From: Octopus sinensis | Lineage: Eukaryota | Assembly (NCBI RefSeq): GCF_006345805.1 | Contig: NC_043004.1 | Location: 98,332,001 to 98,396,000 of the forward strand | DNA length: 64,000 nt | Direction: 5' to 3' | Part shown: piece by piece, positions 11,700 through 22,248 of the stretch | How the letters are laid out: each line of letters starts with the position of its first letter | Numbering within the stretch: position 1 is the stretch's first letter | Notes under the pieces: model-generated | What the model was told of the DNA's origin: nothing | What the model saw: only the letters and a program-made list of their open reading frames with translations | Databases searched by the model: none | Made by a program: the position numbers and the translations under genes

Positions 11700-14090
11700 G
11701 ATTTTAAAGAAATAGTAGACGAAAAAATGATTCGTGTGAGAAAGGGTTGGTTTGTTTCTTTCGGATTAGTGAATGCGTTACCTAATAATGAACATGATGC
11801 TTAGAAAACTGCCACATTGATATGAATGTGCGATGAATACGCATCCAATTCTTTCGAATAAGGAGAAAAGTTCTTAAGGTGAAGGTAATAACAATACTGT
11901 GAAGAGTCGTTGATTTTAGGAAGAATTTAGAGGAGATTGGTCGATGTAAGCATGGATAAATATGAAGATTGTCACGTAGTGAACATATATTTCAAGGCAA
12001 TAAGATACGCCAAAGATATACAAGGCCAGCTCGATTATTCTCGGTAAGAGCTGAGGAGCAAATAATTTGACATTGGTTTAATATAAGAAAATGTTAGATG
12101 CTTCAAGTACAAAAAAGAACATTCGAACGCCCACGCCCCACCCTCCTGCTTCTCCCACAAAATGATAAAATCGAATTAGATATGTCTGGCTGCTGTAAGT
12201 GTCATTAACGGATATGATTCTAGGGTGTCAAAGCGAGTACATTGATTAAGCTTCCAAATGTGAGTGACAGTATTGAAAAAGAGATCTTCCCGCTTCTACC
12301 CAAACCCAGAAAATTTTCTGGAGCTCTCTTTCCAACAAACTAGATAGACATAGTCTAAACTTTTCTGATACTACAACATGCTACAAGGTGGAGGCTTTTA
12401 GAGTAAGGTTCTAAATAGTAGGTTGGGAATAAACATAACTACAAGTCCCCTAGCAAGCTAGGATAAACTTTTTAATGATTTTTATGGTTATCCTAGTTGT
12501 TCGAAAAAGTAGGATTTGGTAGCAAAAGTTAAATATAAAGGTCAAGAAATCAAAGGAGACCTCCTCAAAGTAAAAGAAATTATGATGGTGATAAAGCTCC
12601 ATTTTTCACTTACATGAAGATAAAATCTGTCCTCTCTGCCGATCTAAATAATTTCTTTAATACGGTTCGATCAAACTTCCCACAGAAGTTGCAAAGCATT
12701 CCAGTTATACCGGCTTTCTTTAAGTTTCTCTCAATTTCAGTCACAATTATAGAGGGAGCCTGTTATCTAAATGTGAATGGAATAAGAAGTATCTTAACGT
12801 AAGGTCACTTTCAGAAATGCCTCGGATCTCCTGATATCATATTAATCAGTGTATCAAGTCATTCACAATTCTTCTACATAAATCTTCCAGGTCCTTGAAA
12901 ATGAAATGTTGTTCCTGAACAAATCAGAATGCTTTCTTTACACAGGGGGATGTTTATAGATGTTTATATAGGAACAGTGATAGAAGTTCGCATGCAATTA
13001 TGATATAACATACTCTAGGATTTCTTAAGTAAACACGGACAAACCATTTAATGTAACCTAGACCATATTTAAATGGTTTTAAGCCAATGGGTTAGAAGAG
13101 CGTTGTATATCCACATATTTAGATGTCTGATTACGTGTATTTTACAGATGGACATAAAACACTTACAAAAACTTGATTACCAGGTAAAAATGTAGCACGT
13201 AATTCGCAACACACATAGTTTGCAAAATTAGGATTAGCAAATTAGTTAATGAGAAATATCAAAGTAAATTCTGTTATTTTGGCAACCATATACTTATAGA
13301 GAATAATAGATCAGAAGAGGTCTGGTCATCACTTTAGAAGGGGGAGTTAGAAAAAAAGAGCATTGCTCAATACGTGGTGTGGAAGCACTCCGTCGGTTAC
13401 GACGACGAGGGTTCCGGTTGATCCGAATCAACGGAACAGCCTGCTCGTGAAATTAACGTGTAAGTGGCTGAGCACTCCACAGACACGTGTACCCTTAACG
13501 TAGTTCTCGGGGATATTCAGCGTGACACAGAGAGTGACAAGGCCGGCCCTTTGAAATACAGGTAGAACAGAAACAGGAAGTAAGAGTGAGAGAAAGTTGT
13601 GGTGAAAGAGTACAGCAGGGATCACCACCATCCCCTGCCGGAGCCTCGCGGAGCTTTAGGTGTTTTCCCTCAATAAACACTCACAACGCTCGGTCTGGGA
13701 ATCGAAACCGCGATCCTCCGACCGCGAGTCCGCTGCCCTAACCACTGGGCCATTGCGCCTCCACAATACGTGGTAGCAAATACACGAAGGGATGGAGTCT
13801 ATTTAATAGGCTTCGAGGTACAAATATGTGACGGCTTAAGAGGCATAATCATCTCTTTGACGTATGGCAGTATCCAATCTCAAGCGTCGAGTGATATTTC
13901 AGCAGCACTTTGCTTCACGTTTGGGAGAAAATGGACATTATCAATGCCTACTACATCCGTCCACGCCAGATCTTAATATCTGAGATTTGGTAAGTACTGA
14001 AGAGTTATGCCGGGAGGTAACTGATATGATTGGATAACCTGGATTGGAAAGCTGGTAGAACGATATTTACCCAATACACATAAATATTTC
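11700..14090 (-). mobile_element. Highly decayed CR1/L2-group LINE ORF2 relic, interrupted by the SINE at 13379
   Basis: Frame-hopping fragments resembling the EN-RT linker (DLAW...D.IL...KP) and RT C-terminus (NHI..TAAR..YFAPQ); many stops. Confidence 0.35.
13379..13763 (-). mobile_element. SINE family A, tail type 1
   Basis: TSD CAATACGTGGT at 13368-13378 and 13764-13774. Confidence 0.93.
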
Positions 14091-14169
14091 TTCAATGTGA
14101 GAATGCTCTCAGAAATCGTTACAGTCACTAAGTCTCTTAGTGATTTTTCCCCCCTTAATGTTTCTGAAA

Positions 14170-14600
14170 TTGAAGGTGGCGAGATGGCAGAGTTGTTAGC
14201 ACACCAGATAAAGTGCTTAGCAGCATTTCGTCTGCCCTTTTGTGTTCAAATTCCACCAAGGTCGAGGTCAATAAACCAAGTACCAGTTAAGTACCAGGAT
14301 CGATACACTCAACTTAGCTACTCTCCCTGAACGTTCTGGCCTTGTGTCAAGATTTGAAACGAATATATGTAAGATCGAATGCAGTTAACTAGTGGAATCG
14401 TTAGTTCACCGGGCAAAATGTTTAGCGACATTTCGTCCGTCTTCACATTCTCAGTTCCAATTCCACAGAGAACGACTTTGCTTTCATTCTTTCGGGGCCG
14501 ATTAAATAAATACCCGCTGAACACTGGTGGTGGTGGAGGGCGATGTAATCGACTTACCCCTCCCCAGAAATTACTAGCCTCGTGCCAAAATTTGAAATCA
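14170..14600 (+). mobile_element. Two adjacent degenerate SINE C copies (14170-14365, 14385-14600)
   Basis: Head GAAGGTGGCGAGATGGCAGA...; GTTCAAATTCC B box; CTTTGCTTTCATTCTTTCGGGG body motif. Confidence 0.65.
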
Positions 14601-14890
14601 ATATTTCTGAAGCTACATCACAATAATCAGTCTTCCTCTTTAAAGGCCACGGAAGGTTTTAGCTCCAAGTTTTCTACTTTGCATAGAGATTGCCTAAAAT
14701 AGAATACTGCTCTCACATTTAGGACAGTACTACAGACACAAATATCCCAGATCACATACAAAACACCTAACAGGCATATTGAAGTTACTTAGCCATAGAC
14801 TACATCGTCTAGCTACAGACGCACTATCTTTGGACTGTGCCTGTTATATTGCTACTAAAATCCTCTCCTTCCTTACAGCGAACTAGTTGT

Positions 14891-15276
14891 CTGGAAGCAC
14901 TCCGTCGGTTACGACGACGAGGGTTCCGGTTGATCCGAATCAACGGAACAGCCTGCTCGTGAAATTAACGTGTAAGTGGCTGAGCACTCCACAGACACGT
15001 GCACCCTTAACGTAGTTCTCGGGGATATTCAGCGTGACACAGAGAGTGACAAGGCCAGCCCTTTGAAATACAGGTACAACAAAAACAGGAAGTAAGAGTG
15101 CGAGAAAGTTGTGGTGAAAGAGTACAGCAGGGGTCACCACCATCCCCTGCCAGAGCCTCGTGGAGCTTTAGGTGTTTTCGCTCAATAAACACTCACAACG
15201 CCCGGTCTGGGAATCGAAACCGCGATCCTACGACCGCGAGTTCGCTGCCCTAACCACTGGGCCATTGCGCCTCAAC
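14891..15276 (-). mobile_element. SINE family A, tail type 1
   Basis: 17-bp TSD TACAGCGAACTAGTTGT at 14874-14890 and 15277-15293. Confidence 0.94.
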
Positions 15277-16039
15277 TACAGCGAACTAGTTGTATACCTA
15301 GTTCAAATAAAGCGAGATTAAGCCGATGAATATAGAGAAAAACCTTTCACAGGCTTTGTCATATCGTCTTCATATTACTTGGTAATATTTTCTTCAGCAC
15401 TTAAAGCATTGTTTGATCCAGTGTAAACTACTTGAATAAGTTTCCATGCAACAGTTCCCTTACGCTGGAGTTGTGTCCTGGTTTCTAAGCAACTGCGAGT
15501 AAAAAAAACAACATTGCCCTCGAACACAATGTTAGTACTCAGCAGAGTCTGTAGGGCAGCTATCACTGATACGCATTTTCGGATGGGTAGAATGAAGCAA
15601 ATGAAAATGCAGTGCTTTGCTCAAGGACACAACTCGACAACGACTCGATCATGACCTGATCAGCCTAACTACAAATCCAAGAGCTTCCAAAATGAGAAAA
15701 AATTGTTTTAAGGTCTGTTTATCTGGACATAATTAAATATTTAATCGGAATTCTCTTAAAGAAGTCAACGACCAAAAGCAGATGATTGCTATTAATATAT
15801 TTTTGTATATCTTCAATTTTCATGGTTTATGATATATGTCATTAGTCTAAAGAGTTCAATAAATGTATGTATATAAAACCGGAAGTATTTTTGTTACAAT
15901 TACAAGAATGTTATTCTCTGAAACAAAAAGTTATTATTATTTAAGATAATAGTATGACAGCTAACCGTTGTGATATACTGATAATAACGTGAGCTCAATT
16001 CACGGGTCTATGTATATACACATATATGCATACATGCAT

Positions 16040-16960
16040 ACATACATACATACATGCAAGACCTGTCTGTGTTCGCATTGTCCTTCCACAGGGGCCATCC
16101 GGACTCCCGTTTGCACCGTGAACAGGGATTAATCTTCTCTCTTCGATCCTTTGCCCCACATGGGCTCAACTCTCCTCTCCTTTTCATCTAACCTCCTCTC
16201 CTCACCTACTCCTCCCACCCACTTATCCTCCCTTGCTCCGAATCCTACTTCTCTTAACTCCTACTCTTCTCTTCACTCCTACCCGCCTTCTCATTCCCCC
16301 TCCATCGTCACCCCTCCCCCGTAATCCCATCCACCCCAGTACATTCCAACCCCACCTTGCCTATCCTTCCCACCCCTTACACCCCATCCCTTACACCCCC
16401 TCTCTCTACCCACATACCCCACCCTCAGCCTAACCCACACTCTCTTGCTTTCCCCACTCTCGTCTGCCCCACCTCTCAACACCATCACAGCACACCCACA
16501 CTACTACACCATATACTACCATACCACATAACATATCACATCACACCACCACGCACACACAAGCACTGACCACTTCTCAGCCCCACATCTTCGCACCTAC
16601 ACATACACACACGCACACGTCAAGGTCACCACCCCTCTTCCACACGCACATACATACTCTCTAGTACTCACGCACGCGCGCCTTCGTTTTGGGATCACCG
16701 CTACTTTATTATCTCCCCTTCTTCCAAGCTCTCCTGTGTGACCCTTCTGTCCGGCCATCGCCATGATAGATCGCTAGCCACTACATATTCATTATTTTCT
16801 CTCGTTTTTTTTCTGTGTTCCTTTCTTTGGAAGAGTGTAGGCTCGAAACATTATAGACTTTTTGACTTCCCGAGCGTTAAACTAATACATCTGTTTGTTG
16901 TCTACACCACCTGTCTTCGTCTTTTGTTTTTTGTGAATTCTCCCGAAAAAAAATATAGAT
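16040..16960 (+). mobile_element. C-rich low-complexity segment followed by a degenerate F4 hammerhead module; probable 3' part of a Penelope-like element
   Basis: Strong C/T strand skew at 16130-16680; CTTT-CTTTGGA-A-GAGT gtag GCTC-GAA-ACAT-T-ATAG at 16821-16857; tail homologous to 51440-51595. Confidence 0.45.
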
Positions 16961-16964
16961 ATAC

Positions 16965-17041
16965 AGAGAGAGAGAGAGAGAGAGAATGAGAGGAGAGAGA
17001 GAGAGAATGAGAGAGAGAGAGAGAATGAGAGAGAGAGAGAG

Positions 17042-17072
<31 letters not shown>
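16965..17072. repeat. (AG)n microsatellite with AT interruptions
   Basis: Direct reading. Confidence 0.95.
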
Positions 17073-17186
17073 TGTACTTGCATAGCGAGTGACTTGATCT
17101 GAGATCGTGTGCTGGAACGAAAACAATTACAGTGTGGAAGGTGTTTATAGGGTATTTAAGAAACACACAAAATCCGTTAGATTTAA

Positions 17187-17237
17187 TTTGTCAAAATATT
17201 TTCGTCGCTTTTAGGCCGCAACCTGTTCACTGATAAA
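17187..17237 (-). ncRNA. Hammerhead-like motif with G3-C8 swapped core, family F3
   Basis: TTTATCA-GTGAACA-G-GTTGC ggcctaaaa GCGAC-GAA-AATATT-T-TGACAAA; in a repeat (17072-17240) between (AG)n and (TA)n. Confidence 0.62.
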
Positions 17238-17261
17238 ACTTAATGCTGCATCTCGTGATAT

Positions 17262-17296
<35 letters not shown>

Positions 17297-17389
17297 GAGT
17301 ATAATGGTTGGCGTGACTGTATGTGCTTGTGTATGGGAATAAATGTTTCTGTGTGAGAATATGTGAATTTATATTTATTCTTTCTTTGT

Positions 17390-17760
17390 TTTCAAGTTAT
17401 TCAGTGACAGCCATGGTTTTAGTCGAACAAATCGACTCCAGGACTTATTTTTAAAGCCTAGAACTCAGTCTATCAGTCTCTTTTTGTTGAACCGCTCGGT
17501 TATGGGTACGTAAGCACCAACACCGGTTATCAAGTGGTGATATGGGGACAAACACAGACACAAAGACACACACTTAGATACACACACATATATATACTAC
17601 GGGCTTCTTTCTGTTTCCGTCCACCAAATCCACTCAGAAGGCTTTGGTCGAGCCAAGACTACAGTAGAAGATACTTGCCCAAGCTGCCACGCAATGGGAC
17701 GAAACCCAGAACCCTATGGTTGGGAAGCAAGCTTCTTACCACACAGCCTCGCCTGCGCCT
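17390..17760 (-). mobile_element. SINE family B, diverged
   Basis: Homology to 4135-4543. Confidence 0.8.
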
Positions 17761-18877
17761 ATGTATATATATAAATTATTTTTAATTTTTCAAGTATCCA
17801 ATAGACATTTCCCATGTACCTGATAGAACTCGATAGTATTTAGGGCAATGATCGATTCAAAATTCTTAAATTCGTAGGTTGCTTTCATCATATAGCTCAT
17901 TCATATTGTTGCAGGATTGCTTTTAAAATACGTTCTTAATATAGACTTAAGAAAATAGTAATTTAATAATATCTTAAATTGTTATAGTGAAGCTGCTGAA
18001 AGGAGTATTTCAATCAACAGTTTTGTTTTGTTTTGTTTTTTTTATCAAAACAAAGATTAAATTGTTTGAAGAAATTAAGTTAATTGTATGCCACAAGGAA
18101 AATCAAAATATAATTGTAAAAGACAAACAAGAAAACGTCTTCCATAATTACTAATTTAATTATACACGAATTAGTTGCTATCTGGATCTATATAGAAAAA
18201 CTACATTAGTCATACCGCAAAAAATAATTGGTAATAAGAATATTAGAATAATTGAGATTATGAATGCTTAGGTATTTTTCATGTAACAACATTGTTCTGT
18301 GTGCAACAATGAAGAGTAAAGAAAAAACATTAAGCTTCAGTGAATATTAATCGTCGTAAAACTAAATATCAACCTATTTATTTTTTGTTCTTTTCATGGG
18401 GGAAAAGCACTTGTCTCACTTGTAAAAACATCGTAGATATTTTTTTTATATCATAAGACAAAGAAAGAATTACAATGCAATAAGCGTGAAATAACAAGAA
18501 AATTTTGAATGATTATAATAATGTTCAGTAACGATTTCAACGAGCAGAGATTTAAATCGTTACAGTTAAGTTGGGAACCCGAAATGTTCATGAATAATGT
18601 GTGACCAGTAATCTAATTCTAATCCAGTTGTGGGAGAGAATATAACAATTACTGTGCGAAATGACGGTATTTTCTTCTACAGCAGATCAATGGTGATTTA
18701 AGGGGATTTTAACGCTTCTTTATAGTTACAAAGTAGCTCCAGCAGCTAGGATTCAATATTGACATATTTTCATAAATTGGCTGAAGTCTATTATGTGCCT
18801 TACAATATAATAACGTAGAAAACGTCAGAATATGTATATGCCTGAAATAGTTTTGAGCAATGTAAAATGCTTTTTCT

Positions 18878-18924
18878 CTGTGTGTGTGTGTGCGTGTGTG
18901 TGTGTGTGCGTGCGTGTGTGTGTG

Positions 18925-18955
<31 letters not shown>

Positions 18956-18965
18956 TGTGTGTGTG
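18878..18965. repeat. (TG)n microsatellite
   Basis: Direct reading. Confidence 0.95.
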
Positions 18966-19443
18966 CTCTTGTTAATTTTTGTACTCAGTGTCTCTTTCTA
19001 AACATTAAGAACCCACCTAACAAATCAGACACTTAAAAGGTTCAGCATGCGTAAGAACAAACTATTCTAAATGCTATCTCACATAGAGTTATACATGCTG
19101 AAAGTGCGTGTGATGTAAGCAAATATGGAGAGATAACCATAATATGGAGTAGAATATACCACTTCAAGATTCAATTTTCTTGCTTGTCATCGTAATCCCT
19201 GCTGCACCAACGCATTTCGTAATTACACTTTGACCAAATCAATTACTGACATCAGCTGAAGAATATGAGGAAACCCTCTTTTGCTCAAAGTAATAAATTT
19301 CATACATTTCATTCCTTCAAGAGTTTGGCCAGTGTTAGGGTTAAATATGTTTTAGTAATACTTTCCATTAATTGTATTATTAAAAGAAGAAGGGTTTCGC
19401 GAGAACACCATTACAAATTACTACCGACAAACTATTAGTTGTA

Positions 19444-20664
19444 TTAGGTTGTCAAGAAAGATCCTGCAGTTTTTAACCTTTAAATTCAGTTGCACATATC
19501 TCGGCTCAAACAAAACTTTATTAATCAAAATAAACACCATCAGAATCAACACACTTTTGCCAACGCGAAGCAAGGTCATTTATACTAGTAGGATTTCTCA
19601 CACAGGAAGTTGTCGAGATGCTTGAAAATGTAGTATTCAGAAGGCGAGAGGTCTGCTGAGTATGGCGGATGAGGCAGAGTTTCGGAGCCCAATTCGTTCA
19701 ACTTCTGCAGGGTCAGCTGTGCGACGTGCGACTGAGCGTTGTCGTGGAGAAGAAAAGGTCCTTTTCTATTGACCAATGCTGGCTGTTGTTGTCAGAGTTT
19801 CTTACGCATTTCATCCATTTGCTGACAGAACTTTTCCGCCGTAATGGTTTCGTCTGGATCCAAAAATCTGTGATGGATGAGACCGGCCGCAGACTACTAA
19901 ACAGTCACCATGACCTTCTTTTGGTGCAACTTTGCCTTCGGAAAGTGTCGTGGAGCTTTGTCGGCGTCCAACCACTGAGCTGAGCGTCGCCGGTTGTCGT
20001 AAATGAATCAAATTTTCATCGCAAGTCACAATCCGGTCGAGAAACGGGTCGTTCTTGTTGCTTAAAAGAAGGGAAGACGACACTTCAAAACGGCGTTTTT
20101 TTGTTTTTTTTTTTGTCTTTTGGTTCTCGTCCAATTCGTTCGGCACCTATTTCTCAAGTATTTTTTATTCTTCCACTCTCTTTCAAGTGGTTGGAAACTG
20201 TCGTACACATTACGTCTAATTCAGAAGCAAGCTCTCGAACGGCTGTGCGTGGATTGGCTTCGACTAAGGCTTTTAGTTGATCGTTGTTAACATCCGCTAA
20301 TCATCTTCAAGACTCTCTCCCCGCTACGAAATTTCTTGAACCACCATTGTGCTGTACGTTTATTAGTGGTTCCTGGGCCAAATGCATCGTTGATATCGAG
20401 GGGCTGTTTCAGTAGCTTTTCGCACGAGCTTCAACTGGAATAAGAAAATTGTGCAAATTTGTTTTTTGTTCATGTTGTATTCAACGTTCCGGACAAAATG
20501 GCCTAATTATTCAAAAAACAAAAAAGACTAACACGGTTAGATAGGGTAAAAAGCGGGCTTTGAAATGATATATAAAGTCAAAGTAATTTAACGAAAATTA
20601 ATTTGAAAATACATGATTTAAAACCAAAGTTGAAAATTCCGCAAGAATTTTCTCGACAACCTAA
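19444..20664 (-). mobile_element. Mariner (cecropia/Hsmar1-like) transposon with both TIRs, defective
   Basis: TIRs TTAGGTTGTCAAGAAAGATCCTGC / TTAGGTTGTCGAGAAAATTCTTGC; TA on the left; ATG at 20473 (MNKKQI); RRFEVSSSLLL, FLDRIVTCDE, LHQKKVMVTV, VNRKGPFLLHDNA, HPPYSADLSP; frameshifts and C-terminal deletion. Confidence 0.93.
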
Positions 20665-21359
20665 TGATAATACAATTTCGGATATATATTAAACATGAAT
20701 AAGTGTTTATAAATACATTGGATTTGATGCTTCATCAGCTGACTCTATGATAAGGCAAAACATATTTTCTTCAAAAATAGTACCCAATTCAATCATCATT
20801 TCGCAGAAGTCAGCAAATCTATCATTTTACTTTTCCCTTGGGTATTTCATCATGGTCAGAACAGAAGTTTTCGTTTTTAAAGATTTCAAATCATCTATAC
20901 CCATCTCCAATGACATTCAACTGAAAGAATTTTGAGGAGTATCATCAATCACATATTTCAGCAGCTGCTAATTTACAGCAGGTGAGATGCTAGCAGATTA
21001 ACTATGCTTTAAGACATCATCCAGTACATTTCCTGTTATTTCACTCTTTTCAGAAGACTCACTTTTGTCCGTCTAGACAGTGAAGCGATATTAAAAGCTG
21101 TCTTCCATTCATGCTGTGAAGAATTAATGGAACCAAATTCATAAGAATCTAGTGAGACCCATGGAAATTACACCTTTATAAAAATTCTATTTTCTTTTTA
21201 TTATCGCATAACTTTAGAAATCATTCCTAACATTGTTTCATTTCGATTATGCCTTCGATTTTCTTCGTGATAAGCAGATATAATAAAATTATTTCACAAT
21301 CCCATATATCCATTTGTTAAATATCGCTTATCATTAGCTGAAACATTACGAAATAATGT

Positions 21360-21512
21360 ACACATACTGTGATATATGTATGTATATATGTGTGGTTGTG
21401 TGTATGTATATATATATATATATGTCTGTCTGTACATGTGTGTATATATATATATATTTATATATATACATATATACATATATATATATATATGTCTGTG
21501 TGTACATGTGTG

Positions 21513-21543
<31 letters not shown>

Positions 21544-21580
21544 ATACATATATACATATATATATATTTATATATACATT

Positions 21581-21611
<31 letters not shown>

Positions 21612-21730
21612 CTATATATATATATATATATATCTATATATATATATATATCTATATATATATATATATATAATATATATATTATATATATATATATATT
21701 TATATATAATATATATATATATATATATTA
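21360..21730. repeat. Compound (TA)n/(TG)n microsatellite with an internal duplicated ~70-bp unit
   Basis: TATGTCTGT(C/G)TGTACATGTGTG occurs twice. Confidence 0.9.
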
Positions 21731-21869
21731 CGGAGATGTACTCGCATAGTAAGTAATTTGATCTGAGATGTGTGCTGAAACGAAAACAATTGCAGCGTGG
21801 AAGGTGTTTGTAAGCCATTTAAGAAACACACAAAAGCCTTTCGATTCACTTCAACATTTAAGTTTAATT

Positions 21870-21915
21870 TGTCAAAATATTTTCGTCGCTAAAATCCGCG
21901 ACCTGTTCACTGACA
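21870..21915 (-). ncRNA. Hammerhead-like motif with G3-C8 swapped core, family F3, all helices intact
   Basis: TGTCA-GTGAACA-G-GTCGC ggatttta GCGAC-GAA-AATATT-T-TGACA; host repeat 21730-21915; partial inverted copy at 21986-22068. Confidence 0.68.
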
Positions 21916-21917
21916 TA

Positions 21918-21962
<45 letters not shown>

Positions 21963-22189
21963 TATATACATGCCTGCATACATGCCTAACTTAAATGTTG
22001 AAGTGAATCGAACGGCTTTTGAGTGTTTCTTAAATGGCTTACAAACACCTTCCACGCTGCAATTGTTATATATATATATATATATTCATAGTAATTGTAT
22101 GACAAAAACAGAATGAATGAGATCACGATATTATGTAAATAGAGGAATTGATCTGTAATACAATATGTGATGATTATTCGGTTGCCGTT

Positions 22190-22248
22190 ATAATACTCCG
22201 AGTTTCGCATGTCGGGGCGGAAATCTGCTCCGGAATCTCGTCAGTTAT
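22190..22248 (-). ncRNA. Degenerate hammerhead motif with long helix II
   Basis: ATAA-CTGACGA-[imperfect 31-nt hairpin]-GAA-ACTCGGAGT-A-TTAT; followed on the plus strand by ~67-bp tandem repeats (22243-22370). Confidence 0.45.

Noticed and set aside
21265-21362. Hairpin TGATAAGC/GCTTATCA followed by GAAACATTA cgaaa TAATGTA
   Set aside because: A good helix III-like stem, but no CUGANGA-type core or helix I.
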